Virus record (IMG/VR): IMGVR_UViG_3300037461_000435 | Location: 1 to 41,966 of that record | Reading direction: 5' to 3' (one strand) | DNA length: 41,966 nucleotides | From: a virus | Lineage: Duplodnaviria; Caudoviricetes | In this document: one piece after another, positions 1 through 9,189 of the stretch | Position numbering within the stretch: the stretch's first letter is position 1 | Layout: each line of letters begins with the position of its first letter | Translations under genes and position numbers: made by a program | Notes under the pieces: generated by a model | Seen by the model: the letters and a program-made list of their open reading frames with translations, nothing else | Told to the model about the DNA's origin: nothing | Database searches by the model: none

Positions 1-10
1 GGTCCAAATC
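1..10. repeat. Terminal direct repeat GGTCCAAATC, left copy (probable cohesive end, cosN)
   Basis: Identical to 41957-41966 and located just upstream of terS, as lambda cos is. Followed by the palindrome TGCAAAA-T-TTTTGCA (11-25). Confidence 0.8.
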
Positions 11-62
11 TGCAAAATTTTTGCAGGCACCGGGGTAAAAGGGCCGGTTCGGATTCAGGACT

Positions 63-548
63 ATGAAAAATAAACCGGAAATCGTGGGGACCACCAGGCT
101 GGCCAAACTGCTGGGCATTACCGATCGGAGGATCCAGCAGCTGGTGACCGAAGGGGTATTGGAAAAGGAGGGCCGCGGGCGGTATGATCTCGCCAAGACC
201 TTCCAGCGATATATTCAATATTCCGTGGACCAGGTGCGGGCCCGGCAGAGCACCGGCACCAAGCTCGAGGAGGAGACCCGCCTCCTGAAAGAGCGGGCCG
301 ACCAGGTGGCCATGGAAAATGACCGGCTGCGCGGCGAGCTCATTCCCCGCGGCGAGGTGCGGATCACCTGGGAGCACCTGGTCACCGCCAGCCGCACCCG
401 CCTGCTGGCGATACCCAGCCAGATCAAGACCAAATGGCCCGACACGGATATGGCCATGGTGCTGGGCGTCGAGGAGTGGATCCGCCAATGCCTGGAGGAG
501 CTAAAACATGATGGACTACCAGAACGCCATCGCCAGCCTATGGAGTGA
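63..548 (+). CDS. terS: Terminase small subunit (gpNu1-like)
   Basis: N-terminal winged HTH (LAKLLGITDRRIQQLVTEG), coiled coil (EETRLLKERAD), GELIP motif; precedes terL. Confidence 0.9.
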   Translation: MKNKPEIVGTTRLAKLLGITDRRIQQLVTEGVLEKEGRGRYDLAKTFQRYIQYSVDQVRARQSTGTKLEEETRLLKERADQVAMENDRLRGELIPRGEVRITWEHLVTASRTRLLAIPSQIKTKWPDTDMAMVLGVEEWIRQCLEELKHDGLPERHRQPME

Positions 549-2322
549 CACCATGCGGCTATGGGGGCCGCCGCCAAAACTCAAGCTGTCCGAGTGGGCG
601 GACACCTATGCCTATCTGTCCGCGGAATCGAGCGCACAGGCGGGGAAATGGACCTGCATCCCCTACCAGCGCGGGATCATGGACGCCATGACCGACCCCG
701 CGGTGGAGCGGATCACCATTATGAAATCCGCGCGGGTCGGATATACCAAGATGATCACCTATCTCATCGGCTACCAGGTGCACCAGGATCCCTGTCCCAT
801 CCTGGTGGTGCAGCCCACCATCGAGGACGCCCAGGGCTATTCCAAGGATGAGATCGCCCCGATGCTCAGGGACACCCCGGTCCTGGTGCCCCTGGCCCCC
901 GAGACCAAGAGCCGGGACAGCGCCAACACCATCCTGCGCAAGCAGTTCCCCGGCATGACCCTGATGATGACCGGGGCCAACAGCGCCCGAGGCTTCCGGC
1001 GGATCAGCGCCCGCATCATCCTGTTCGACGAGGTGGACGGCTACCCGCCCACGGCCGGGCAGGAGGGCGACCAGATCACCCTGGGCGAGCGCCGCGCGGA
1101 ATACTACTGGAACAAAAAGATCATCCTGGGATCCACGCCCACCATCAAGGGGTTCAGCCGCATCGAGAAGAGCTACGAGCAGAGCGACCAGCGGCGCTAT
1201 CAGGTGCCCTGCCCGCATTGCCAGCACTACCAGCCATTCAAGTGGGAGCGGATCGACTTTTCCACCAGGGGGACCCACCGCAAGCCGGTCTATATCTGCG
1301 CCGGCTGCGAACAACCGATCGATTACAAGCACCACCGCTGGATGATCGAGAACGGCCGATGGGTGGCCGAGAAGGAGTTCGCCGGCCATGCCGGCTTCCA
1401 TATCTGGGCCGCCTATTCCTACAGCCCCAACGCCACCTGGCGGCATATCGTCCGCGAGTTCCTGAACGTGAAGGATGACCGCGAGCAGCTGAAAAGCTGG
1501 GTGAATACCGTTCTGGGCGAGACCTGGGAGGAGGAGGGTAAATCACTCGATGTCAATGTCCTCTATAACCGGCGGGAGCACTATACCGAGGTGCCGAAGG
1601 AGGCGGCGATCCTGGTCATGTCGGCCGACGTGCAGAAAGACCGGATCGAGGTCCTCACCTGCGCCTATGGCCGCGACTTCGAGGTGTGGGCTATGGATTT
1701 CACCATCTTGCGCGGGGACCCCACCAACCCGGGAGTGTGGAGGGACATGGACGCCCACATCGAGCGCGGCTATACGCATGCCTCCGGGGCGGTCCTGCAT
1801 CCGTCAATTATCATGATCGATTCGGGGTATTCCACCACCGAGGTATATGCCTATACCAGGGCGCGGGAGCGCCGGCGGGTGTTCGCGGTCAAGGGGGCAT
1901 CAACCACCATTCCCGGCCATCCCCTGGTGACCCGTCCATCGGACATGAAAACCGGCGGCGGCAAGGTGAAGCTGTTCAGCATCGGGACCACCACGGGGAA
2001 GGACATGCTGTTTGACCGGCTGGAAAAGGCATTGCCGGGCCCCGCCTATATCCATTTCAACCAGGCGTTCGACTATGAATTCATGGCGCAGCTGACCTCC
2101 GAGAAATGCGTGATCCGGCACCAGAAGGGCGTGGCCCGCCGGGAATATGTCAAGGTGAGCGCCGGCATCAGGAATGAGGCCATCGACCTCTTCGTGTATA
2201 ACCTGGCCGGGTTTTATGCCTTGAAGATCAGCAACATCAATGCCGAGGTCGACCGCATCAATAAGCAGCAGCGGCCCGCGCAGGTAGTAAAATCCCGGGG
2301 AGTGAGGAGCAAGGGCATTTGA
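508..2322 (+). CDS. terL: Terminase large subunit (lambda gpA family)
   Basis: Walker A-like KSARVGYT, Walker B ILFDEVD, CPHC zinc motif, NTVLGETW, DVQKDR nuclease motif, RNEAID. Confidence 0.96.
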   Translation: MMDYQNAIASLWSDTMRLWGPPPKLKLSEWADTYAYLSAESSAQAGKWTCIPYQRGIMDAMTDPAVERITIMKSARVGYTKMITYLIGYQVHQDPCPILVVQPTIEDAQGYSKDEIAPMLRDTPVLVPLAPETKSRDSANTILRKQFPGMTLMMTGANSARGFRRISARIILFDEVDGYPPTAGQEGDQITLGERRAEYYWNKKIILGSTPTIKGFSRIEKSYEQSDQRRYQVPCPHCQHYQPFKWERIDFSTRGTHRKPVYICAGCEQPIDYKHHRWMIENGRWVAEKEFAGHAGFHIWAAYSYSPNATWRHIVREFLNVKDDREQLKSWVNTVLGETWEEEGKSLDVNVLYNRREHYTEVPKEAAILVMSADVQKDRIEVLTCAYGRDFEVWAMDFTILRGDPTNPGVWRDMDAHIERGYTHASGAVLHPSIIMIDSGYSTTEVYAYTRARERRRVFAVKGASTTIPGHPLVTRPSDMKTGGGKVKLFSIGTTTGKDMLFDRLEKALPGPAYIHFNQAFDYEFMAQLTSEKCVIRHQKGVARREYVKVSAGIRNEAIDLFVYNLAGFYALKISNINAEVDRINKQQRPAQVVKSRGVRSKGI

Positions 2323-2504
2323 GCGACCTGGCGGAAATCAAGAAAAAAGTGCTTGACTACATGCGACATAATCATTATCTTCGAGGCAGGCTCGAGATAG
2401 ATTTCGACTTGTTGGCCGACAGCGTTAAATTCAAGGTCAGCACCGTGAAGAAACGCAACGAGGACGGCAGGGAGAAGACGATCACGACGACGGAAACGCT
2501 GTAA
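2319..2504 (+). CDS. Small hypothetical protein (61 aa), possible regulator of the downstream terminator
   Basis: TTG start overlaps the terL stop; lies directly before a repeat-plus-terminator element. Confidence 0.55.
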   Translation: MSDLAEIKKKVLDYMRHNHYLRGRLEIDFDLLADSVKFKVSTVKKRNEDGREKTITTTETL

Positions 2505-2506
2505 AC

Positions 2507-2564
2507 GGTAACCGATAACAAGGGGCCGACAACTGTAGTATAAATCTGGTAGCCGATAACAAGG
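2507..2564 (+). repeat. 17-bp direct repeat GGTA(A/G)CCGATAACAAGG x2
   Basis: Copies at 2507-2523 and 2548-2564; the second overlaps the 5' arm of the terminator. Confidence 0.8.
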
Positions 2565-2608
2565 AGCCAGTTCACCCTGAAAAGGGGCGAGCTGGCTCCT
2601 TTTTTTTT
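2562..2608 (+). terminator. Intrinsic terminator inside the head operon
   Basis: Stem AGGAGCCAGTTC..CCCT-GAAA-AGGG..GAGCTGGCTCCT followed by a T run. Confidence 0.85.
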
Positions 2609-2618
2609 GGAGCAAACC

Positions 2619-2834
2619 ATGCCAGGGATCACCCTCGCGCAGGCGCAGGCGAAACTCACCGAATACATGGACGCGGAAAGCGCGATCCTCACCGGGCAAT
2701 CATACTCCATCGCGGGCAGGAGCCTGACCCGTGCCGACCTGAAAGCGGTCCAGGACGGCATCGAGCGCTACCAGAAGATGGTCAACCGGCTCTCCCGCGG
2801 CGGCATCAAGATCAGGGGCGGCACACCGGTATGA
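2619..2834 (+). CDS. Head-tail adaptor (gpW-like)
   Basis: GQSYSIAGRSLTRADL motif; between terL and portal; GGAG RBS before ATG 2619. Confidence 0.85.
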   Translation: MPGITLAQAQAKLTEYMDAESAILTGQSYSIAGRSLTRADLKAVQDGIERYQKMVNRLSRGGIKIRGGTPV

Positions 2835-4390
2835 AACGCGGCATCAAAATCGAATCCAATATCATCGACAAAGCCATTGAGTTCGTCGCCCCGCAATGGG
2901 GGCTGGAGCGCCGCGTGGCCCGGGCCAAGCTGGCATACAGCTACACCGCCGCGGCAAAATCCCGCCGGCAGACCTCCGAGTGGACCACCTCGAACAAAAA
3001 CGCCGACAGCGACATGTTGAACGAACTGGCGACCCTGCGGGAGCGCAGCCGCGATCTGGTGCGCAACTCGCCCCTTGCCGCTGGCGCCATCAATACCGTC
3101 TGCACCAACGTGATCGGCACTGGCCTGAAACTCCAGGCCCGCATCGACCGCGACGTGCTGCGCATGTCCGAAGATGAGGCCGACGCATGGGAAACCATGG
3201 TGGAGCGCGAGTTCAGGATGTGGTCGGAATCGACGGAATGCGACGCCGCGCGGATCCTGAATTTCGCGAATTTTCAGGAACTGGCGTTCCGCCAGGTGCT
3301 GGAAAACGGCGACGTGTTCATCCTGCTGCCGAGGATCGCGCGAAAAAATATGCCTTATGCGCTGACCATGCAGCTCATCGAGGCCGACCGGGTATGCAAC
3401 AAGAATTACGCGTCGATAACCGCGACCCTGGCCGGCGGCATCAGGAAAAACGAATACGGCGAGCCGACGGAATATCACATCCTCAAGCAGCATCCGGGCA
3501 ATATCTACGTGTCGGAACGGGAATGGCAGATCGTGCAGGCATACGGCGCCAAGACCGGGCTGAAAAACGTGCTGCACCTGTTCAAAATGCTCAGGCCGGG
3601 ACAGAGCCGCGGCATCCCGTATCTCACCCCGGTGGTGGAAACCATCAAGCAGATCGACAAGTATGTGGAATCAGAGGTCATGGCCGCGGTCATCGCCGGC
3701 ATGTTCACGGTGTTCGTCAAGTCCGAGATGGGCGAGGACGGGCTGGCGCCGATGGAACCGACCGCGGAGACCGGCGGCGCAACGACCGATACCGATTACA
3801 AACTGGCGCCGGGCGCGATCCTCGACCTGGCGCCCGGCGAGGACATCACCACCGCCAACCCCGGCCGACCCAACTCGGCGTTCGACCCGTTCGTGATGGC
3901 GGTGCTGCGGCAGGTGGGCGTAGCGCTGGAGATCCCGTTCGAGGTGCTGATCAAGCATTTCACCGCGTCCTATTCCGCCGCCCGCGCGGCGCTCCTCGAG
4001 GCCTGGAAGTTCTTCCAGGCGCGGCGCCGCTGGCTGTCCGACGCGATGTGCAATCCCATATACGAGATATGGATGTATGAGGCGGTGGCCAATGGCAGGA
4101 TCCCGGCCCCCGGATATTTCGACGATCCGATCATCCGCAGGGCCTATCTGGGCGTTGAATGGGTGGGGCCCTCGCCCGGCCAGATAGATCCGGTCAAGGA
4201 GATTGTCGCGGCGAGGGAACGCATCAAACTCGAGCTCACCACCAGGGCATATGAGACCGCCCAGCTGACCGGCATGGACTGGGAGAAGGTCCACCAGCAG
4301 ACGATCAAGGAGAGCAAGATGCGGCGGGAATTGCTTCCCGAGGCGAGCTCGGAATCCGGCAGTGAAGGAGTTTATGATGAAGCTAATTGA
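2831..4390 (+). CDS. Portal protein, lambda family
   Basis: LRERSRDLVRN, RPGQSRGIP, SYSAARAALLE, IDPVKE motifs. Confidence 0.96.
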   Translation: MKRGIKIESNIIDKAIEFVAPQWGLERRVARAKLAYSYTAAAKSRRQTSEWTTSNKNADSDMLNELATLRERSRDLVRNSPLAAGAINTVCTNVIGTGLKLQARIDRDVLRMSEDEADAWETMVEREFRMWSESTECDAARILNFANFQELAFRQVLENGDVFILLPRIARKNMPYALTMQLIEADRVCNKNYASITATLAGGIRKNEYGEPTEYHILKQHPGNIYVSEREWQIVQAYGAKTGLKNVLHLFKMLRPGQSRGIPYLTPVVETIKQIDKYVESEVMAAVIAGMFTVFVKSEMGEDGLAPMEPTAETGGATTDTDYKLAPGAILDLAPGEDITTANPGRPNSAFDPFVMAVLRQVGVALEIPFEVLIKHFTASYSAARAALLEAWKFFQARRRWLSDAMCNPIYEIWMYEAVANGRIPAPGYFDDPIIRRAYLGVEWVGPSPGQIDPVKEIVAARERIKLELTTRAYETAQLTGMDWEKVHQQTIKESKMRRELLPEASSESGSEGVYDEAN

Positions 4391-5750
4391 CATGCTGAAC
4401 GCGCCCTGGGCGATCCGCGCCGACCGGTTCAAGGAAATGCAGGCGATATACGCGGCGCATTTCAGGGGCGACCGCATACCGCACGAAAAAATGACCGGGC
4501 TATTGGACATGGGGTTTGTCCAAAAGGAAACGATGGATCGGGCGGGGAACGTGGCGATCATCAATATCACCGGCGTGCTGGTCAAGAACCCGGGACTGTT
4601 TGACCGCCTGTTTTATGACGCGAATTCGACCGTCGAGATCAGGCAATACATCGAGGAGGCGCTCAACGATGAGAAGGTCGACGCCATCCTGTTGTATGTC
4701 GACACGCCGGGCGGCACCGTCGACGGGACCCAGGAGCTGGCCCGCTTTATCTACGCCAACCGCGGGAAAAAGCCCATGATTGCCTATACCGACGGCATGA
4801 TCGCCTCGGCCGGCTACTGGATCGCCGCGGCGGCGGATGAGATCATCATCTCGGGCGATACCGTGGAGATCGGATCCATCGGCGTGGTGGTGACCCATAT
4901 CGATTATTCACGGGCCGACATCGAGGCGGGCGTGACGGTCAACGAGATCTACGCGGGAAAATACAAGCGGATATACAGCGAAAACAAGCCGCTATCCGAG
5001 GAGGCGCGGGAATATCTCCAGCAGCAGGTCGATTACCTGTATGGTGTGTTTCTCAACGACGTGGCGCAGTTCCGCGGGATCACCATTGACGACGCCCTCG
5101 CGATGGCTGAGGGGAAAATATATATCGGAGCGCAAGCAATCGAGGCAGGCCTGGTTGACAGGGTGTTGACCATGGACGCCGCGATCACATATTTGAGCGA
5201 TAATTTCATGGCGCTCATCTGCTCGCCCAGGGTGGGCGGGACAACTTACGATCAGGAGAAGAACATGGATAGCAAACTTATCCAGGAAAAATATCCGGTG
5301 GTCTTTGAGGAAATAAAGGCGCTGGGTATCGCCGAAGCACAACAGGACATCAAGGATCAGCTCGCCGCGGCGGAGGGCAAGGGCGCCCAGGCCGAACGCG
5401 AACGGATCAAGGGTGTCATGGAACAGAACGGACCAGGACATGATAAGGAAATCATGGACATGGCGTTCGACGGAAAAACGACCGGACCCGAGGCCGCCGT
5501 GAAGGTATGGCAATCCGAAAAGGCGAAGATGGAGCGCCGGGCGCAGGAGCTCCAGGACGATGCCGTCGACCCCGTGCAGCATGACAACGCACCGGTCACC
5601 GATCCCAAGCAGGAAGAAAAGGATTTTGAGGGCATGGTGAAAAACCACATGGAAGAAAAGAAGAGCAGCCGCGGGGAGGCCATTGCCGCGATTGCCCGGG
5701 AGCATCCCGAGCTGCACAAGGCCTATCTCAACAAGGTCAACAGGAGGTAA
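4374..5750 (+). CDS. Head maturation protease (S49 family, gpC-like) with C-terminal scaffold region
   Basis: DTPGG, ASAGYWIAAAAD, GSIGVV, AGKYK motifs; AAGGAG RBS; start is 4374 or 4377. Confidence 0.92.
   Translation: MMKLIDMLNAPWAIRADRFKEMQAIYAAHFRGDRIPHEKMTGLLDMGFVQKETMDRAGNVAIINITGVLVKNPGLFDRLFYDANSTVEIRQYIEEALNDEKVDAILLYVDTPGGTVDGTQELARFIYANRGKKPMIAYTDGMIASAGYWIAAAADEIIISGDTVEIGSIGVVVTHIDYSRADIEAGVTVNEIYAGKYKRIYSENKPLSEEAREYLQQQVDYLYGVFLNDVAQFRGITIDDALAMAEGKIYIGAQAIEAGLVDRVLTMDAAITYLSDNFMALICSPRVGGTTYDQEKNMDSKLIQEKYPVVFEEIKALGIAEAQQDIKDQLAAAEGKGAQAERERIKGVMEQNGPGHDKEIMDMAFDGKTTGPEAAVKVWQSEKAKMERRAQELQDDAVDPVQHDNAPVTDPKQEEKDFEGMVKNHMEEKKSSRGEAIAAIAREHPELHKAYLNKVNRR
5265..5750 (+). CDS. 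Nested in-frame scaffolding protein (Nu3-like)
   Basis: AGGAG at 5254-5258 before in-frame ATG 5265; charged helical product containing AERERIKGV. Confidence 0.65.
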   Translation: MDSKLIQEKYPVVFEEIKALGIAEAQQDIKDQLAAAEGKGAQAERERIKGVMEQNGPGHDKEIMDMAFDGKTTGPEAAVKVWQSEKAKMERRAQELQDDAVDPVQHDNAPVTDPKQEEKDFEGMVKNHMEEKKSSRGEAIAAIAREHPELHKAYLNKVNRR

Positions 5751-5753
5751 CTC

Positions 5754-6134
5754 ATGGCCTATAACGAGGGAGTAAAATCATTCACCGCCGCCGGGACCAT
5801 CAAGGCCCATGCGCGGGTGAAACTGTCAGCCGGAACCACGACCACGCCGCCGGAAGTAGAAGAAGCCGGCGCGGGTGAAAACTATATCGGCTTTGCCGAA
5901 TACGCGGCCGTGCTCGGCGACATGGTGTCGATCAAGCTGAAGAACTACCCCGGGACCGTCGAGGCGATCGCGTCCGAGGCGTTCCTGATCGGGGCCACGC
6001 TCTATGGAGCGGCCGCGGGCCGCGTGGGCGATACCGCTGTCGGCGCAGGACAGGCCATTGCCATCGAAGCCGCCACCGCATTGGGCGACATCGTGGAAGT
6101 GCTGCCCTGCTTTGACCTGACGGACAATACCTAA
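5754..6134 (+). CDS. Capsid decoration/cement protein
   Basis: Small Ala/Gly-rich beta protein between protease and MCP, with AIEAATALGDIVEV near the C-terminus. Confidence 0.75.
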   Translation: MAYNEGVKSFTAAGTIKAHARVKLSAGTTTTPPEVEEAGAGENYIGFAEYAAVLGDMVSIKLKNYPGTVEAIASEAFLIGATLYGAAAGRVGDTAVGAGQAIAIEAATALGDIVEVLPCFDLTDNT

Positions 6135-6151
6135 AATAGGAGGAACAGACA

Positions 6152-7126
6152 ATGCCCAGACCAACAACTGGAACCACCCTGCAGCGGCCCGATCTGGCGG
6201 CCCTTGCGTGGGAATATATGCTGAGCGCCCCCGAGGTGGGGTATATCGGCACCCAGATACTGCCCGTCTTTGAAACGGATGAGCAGACGGCCGATTACCC
6301 GGTCATCCCCATCGAGGCGATCCTGAAGAACCACGACACCCACAGATCGCCCCGCGGGACGTACAACCGCTCGGACTACGAGTTCGAGACCGGGACGTAT
6401 AAGTGCGTGGAGCACGGATGGGAAGAGGCCCTGGACGATGTGGAGCGCAACCTGTATCGCCGCTTTTTCGACGGCGAGCTGGTGGCGACCACGCGCGCCA
6501 TGGATATCATCCTCCGTGACCAGGAGCGCAGGATCGCGGCGCTCACCTTCAATGTCGGCTTCCTGAACAACGGCGCGGTGGCGATCGAGTGGAACCTCCA
6601 CGCGACCTGCACGCCGAGGGCCGACGTAATGGACGCCAAGGAGACCATGCGCCGGAACCAGGGCGTATACCCCAACGCGATGGCGATCAGCCTCAGGGTG
6701 CTGCATAACCTCATGGCATCCCAGGAGATCACCAGCGCTTTCCAGTACACCCAGCCCCTGCAGACCATGAACATGATGCAGGTGCGCCAGGTCCTCGCCC
6801 AGTATTTCGGCGTGGATTACCTGCTGGTGGGCGGCGCCCAGAGCGATGACGCACACAAGGGCCAGGCGTTCGCCCTCGCGGACATCTGGGATGACGAATA
6901 CTGCCTGCTGTTCCGGAAGGCCCCCGACGCGCAGAACCTCATGGATCCCTGCCTCGGGAGGACGTTCCTGTGGACCGCCGACAGCCCGTCCAACACGGTG
7001 ATTGAATCGTACCGTGACGAAACGCGCCGCAGCGATATTTACAGGGTGCGCCAGTATACCGATGAAACCTTTGTCTTCACCGGCGCCGGCTATCTCCTGA
7101 CCAATATCACCGAGGCCGACACGTAG
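6152..7126 (+). CDS. Major capsid protein (lambda gpE-like)
   Basis: 324 aa, strong AGGAGG RBS, expected position, GRTF and GAGYLLTN motifs. Confidence 0.88.
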   Translation: MPRPTTGTTLQRPDLAALAWEYMLSAPEVGYIGTQILPVFETDEQTADYPVIPIEAILKNHDTHRSPRGTYNRSDYEFETGTYKCVEHGWEEALDDVERNLYRRFFDGELVATTRAMDIILRDQERRIAALTFNVGFLNNGAVAIEWNLHATCTPRADVMDAKETMRRNQGVYPNAMAISLRVLHNLMASQEITSAFQYTQPLQTMNMMQVRQVLAQYFGVDYLLVGGAQSDDAHKGQAFALADIWDDEYCLLFRKAPDAQNLMDPCLGRTFLWTADSPSNTVIESYRDETRRSDIYRVRQYTDETFVFTGAGYLLTNITEADT

Positions 7127-7128
7127 AC

Positions 7129-7434
7129 ATGAGCCTCAAGACCCAAATGGCGGCCGACCTTGACGCCTTCCTCAACGTCGATGAATTCGGCGTTGGGGCG
7201 ACGTTCAAGGGCGCGGACATCAACGTGATCTTCGACCAGGCAGGCGTCATCCAGCCGATCGGCGGGGCGGTGTTTGAAACCTCCACCCCGCAATGCCTGG
7301 CGAAGACCGCGGATGTGCCGGGCGTGGTCCAGGGCGATACCATCGTCATCGATATGGTGACCTGGTACATCACCCAGATCCTGCCCGACGGGACCGGCAT
7401 GACAAAACTCATCCTGTCCGAGGTGGCGCCGTGA
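7129..7434 (+). CDS. Head-tail joining/closure protein (gpFII-like)
   Basis: FLNVDEFG...PDGTGMTKLIL pattern; follows MCP. Confidence 0.8.
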   Translation: MSLKTQMAADLDAFLNVDEFGVGATFKGADINVIFDQAGVIQPIGGAVFETSTPQCLAKTADVPGVVQGDTIVIDMVTWYITQILPDGTGMTKLILSEVAP

Positions 7435-7883
7435 ACGTGCGGGATACGGTCACCGCGCTGGTGGAGCAATCCATCAACGATATATCCATCAGTGATGGAT
7501 ATTCCACCGACATCGACGAGGTGACGACGTGGAAGGTGGCGCCGATGGACGATACGCTGATCACGGCGAACATCAAGGACCTGGCCGATGAAGTTGAATC
7601 CGACGAGGAGGGGGTGTGGCACACCCACCGGCTGCATTATGAGGTAGACCTGCAGCACCCTGAAACGCCGCTGCTGGCCGCGCGGGATGCTATTCGGGAC
7701 TTTATCCAGGATGTCTATACGTCGCTCAAGAACAACATCGCCTTCGATAACCGCAGGTACAAGGTGCGGCCCGAGGGCGATGAGTTTTCAATCGAACAGG
7801 ACGAGAAGAAACTCGCCTCGGCCTCGATTCGTTTTTACATCGAGTTTACCACGAAAGCGTGGGACTCGGCTATTAGCAATTAA
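7431..7883 (+). CDS. Tail terminator/completion protein (gpU-like)
   Basis: GTG start overlaps the upstream stop; ISISDGYSTDI motif; precedes the tail tube gene. The ORF-track start at 7293 is probably too long. Confidence 0.7.
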   Translation: MNVRDTVTALVEQSINDISISDGYSTDIDEVTTWKVAPMDDTLITANIKDLADEVESDEEGVWHTHRLHYEVDLQHPETPLLAARDAIRDFIQDVYTSLKNNIAFDNRRYKVRPEGDEFSIEQDEKKLASASIRFYIEFTTKAWDSAISN

Positions 7884-7894
7884 GGAGGTCATCG

Positions 7895-8485
7895 ATGGCA
7901 AATGACCTGAACATTACGTTCAGTAATTTTGGCAACGACGCGGACAAGTATTTTCTCGATGACCCGATCGTATATGTCCGAGAGCTGGGGGCCGCTACCG
8001 ACCCCGTGGCCATCGGCTACATGAAGATCGGGAAGGTGTTCCGCGCCCGGGTCGATTACGCGAGCGTATATACGGGGATCCCGCAGACGATGCGGCGCAA
8101 GGACCCCATCAAGCAGGATTTCGAGCTCGATGGCGAGCTGTACCAGTTCAGCCTCGAAAATTTCGCGCTGGCGTTCAACCGCATCATCGATGTGGTCAAC
8201 GGCAGGGTGGTGTTCGGGTCGTCGATTCCAAATCCATTATACATGAATATGGTCCTGGCGGCCTACAACAAGGAAAGGACGCTGATTGAATTGTACGGCA
8301 GGAAGTTCCAGATGGCGACAGAAGAGGTGGCGATCACCCTGGGCGGCACGGAACATTCCACCATCCCGTTCAAGGGCGTATTTCTTCCCAGTGACAACCC
8401 GGCGACGGATTGCAGTGGCTGGGATTATGATTCAAGCATCAGCAATGACGATGTGCTGTACTGGAAATTCACGGAAGAAACGTAA
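7895..8485 (+). CDS. Major tail tube protein
   Basis: Position, AAGGAGG RBS, beta-rich 196 aa, followed by a strong hairpin; no sheath gene in the genome. Confidence 0.75.
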   Translation: MANDLNITFSNFGNDADKYFLDDPIVYVRELGAATDPVAIGYMKIGKVFRARVDYASVYTGIPQTMRRKDPIKQDFELDGELYQFSLENFALAFNRIIDVVNGRVVFGSSIPNPLYMNMVLAAYNKERTLIELYGRKFQMATEEVAITLGGTEHSTIPFKGVFLPSDNPATDCSGWDYDSSISNDDVLYWKFTEET

Positions 8486-8489
8486 CAAC

Positions 8490-8525
8490 ATGGAAGGGGC
8501 GGGCAACCGCCCCTTCCATTATTCA
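8490..8525 (+). terminator. Hairpin/terminator after the tail tube gene
   Basis: Perfect 13-bp stem ATGGAAGGGGCGG-GCAA-CCGCCCCTTCCAT; weak U tract. Confidence 0.7.
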
Positions 8526-8527
8526 TT

Positions 8528-9136
8528 ATGATCAAACTGCAATATGACATCGAGCGGCTCCTCCATGAACAGTATTCCAGCGCCGACATGGTGCAGGAAA
8601 AGCCGTTTTGTTTGCGGGTGGGCGAGTATGAGATTGTATTCCCGCCGGCAACCTGGCTGCGGATCACCGACCTGCTCAAGGATATCTATAAGCACCTGGG
8701 GAAATGGGCCGAATTCTATGATTCGCTCGATTTCTTGTCGCATCTGGAAATCAAGGATGAGGCAAAACTGGCTGCGCTGATATCCAAGGCGCGGATATTC
8801 ACGGCATCCAAATCATCCCGGCGCCTATATGCGGATCTGGCGCGGCTCATCGGCAAATGGGGCCTTGCCTATAAGCGGACCGACCGGGGATTCAAGCAAA
8901 TACGGTTATCGAAAAAGATCATGCAGCTGGTGACGCCCGAACAGCTCATCATCGGGCTGCAGGCGCTTATCATCTGGAACGAAGAACTGCCTAAAAAAAA
9001 AATACTCGAGGCGCTGCGAGATTTCAGGGGGGCGATGTCGACGGGGTGGGGCAGGTCGTCAACCTCCTCAGGCGCTCAGGTTATACAATTGCCGAGCTGG
9101 AAAGACTTACATGCCAACAGCTCAGGCTCATCCTAA
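8528..9136 (+). CDS. Tail assembly chaperone (gpG-like)
   Basis: Between tail tube and tape measure genes; A10 slippery run at 8993-9002. Confidence 0.8.
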   Translation: MIKLQYDIERLLHEQYSSADMVQEKPFCLRVGEYEIVFPPATWLRITDLLKDIYKHLGKWAEFYDSLDFLSHLEIKDEAKLAALISKARIFTASKSSRRLYADLARLIGKWGLAYKRTDRGFKQIRLSKKIMQLVTPEQLIIGLQALIIWNEELPKKKILEALRDFRGAMSTGWGRSSTSSGAQVIQLPSWKDLHANSSGSS

Positions 9137-9189
9137 ACGCGGAAGAGGACCGCGCGGAATTATACAAGGATATGGATGGCAACGGGTAA
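8528..9189 (+). CDS. Tail assembly chaperone gpGT-like, made by -1 frameshift near 8995-9001
   Basis: The -1 frame after A AAA AAA reads ...RSGYTIAELERLTCQQLRLILNAEE... to TAA 9187-9189, overlapping the TMP start. Confidence 0.8.
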
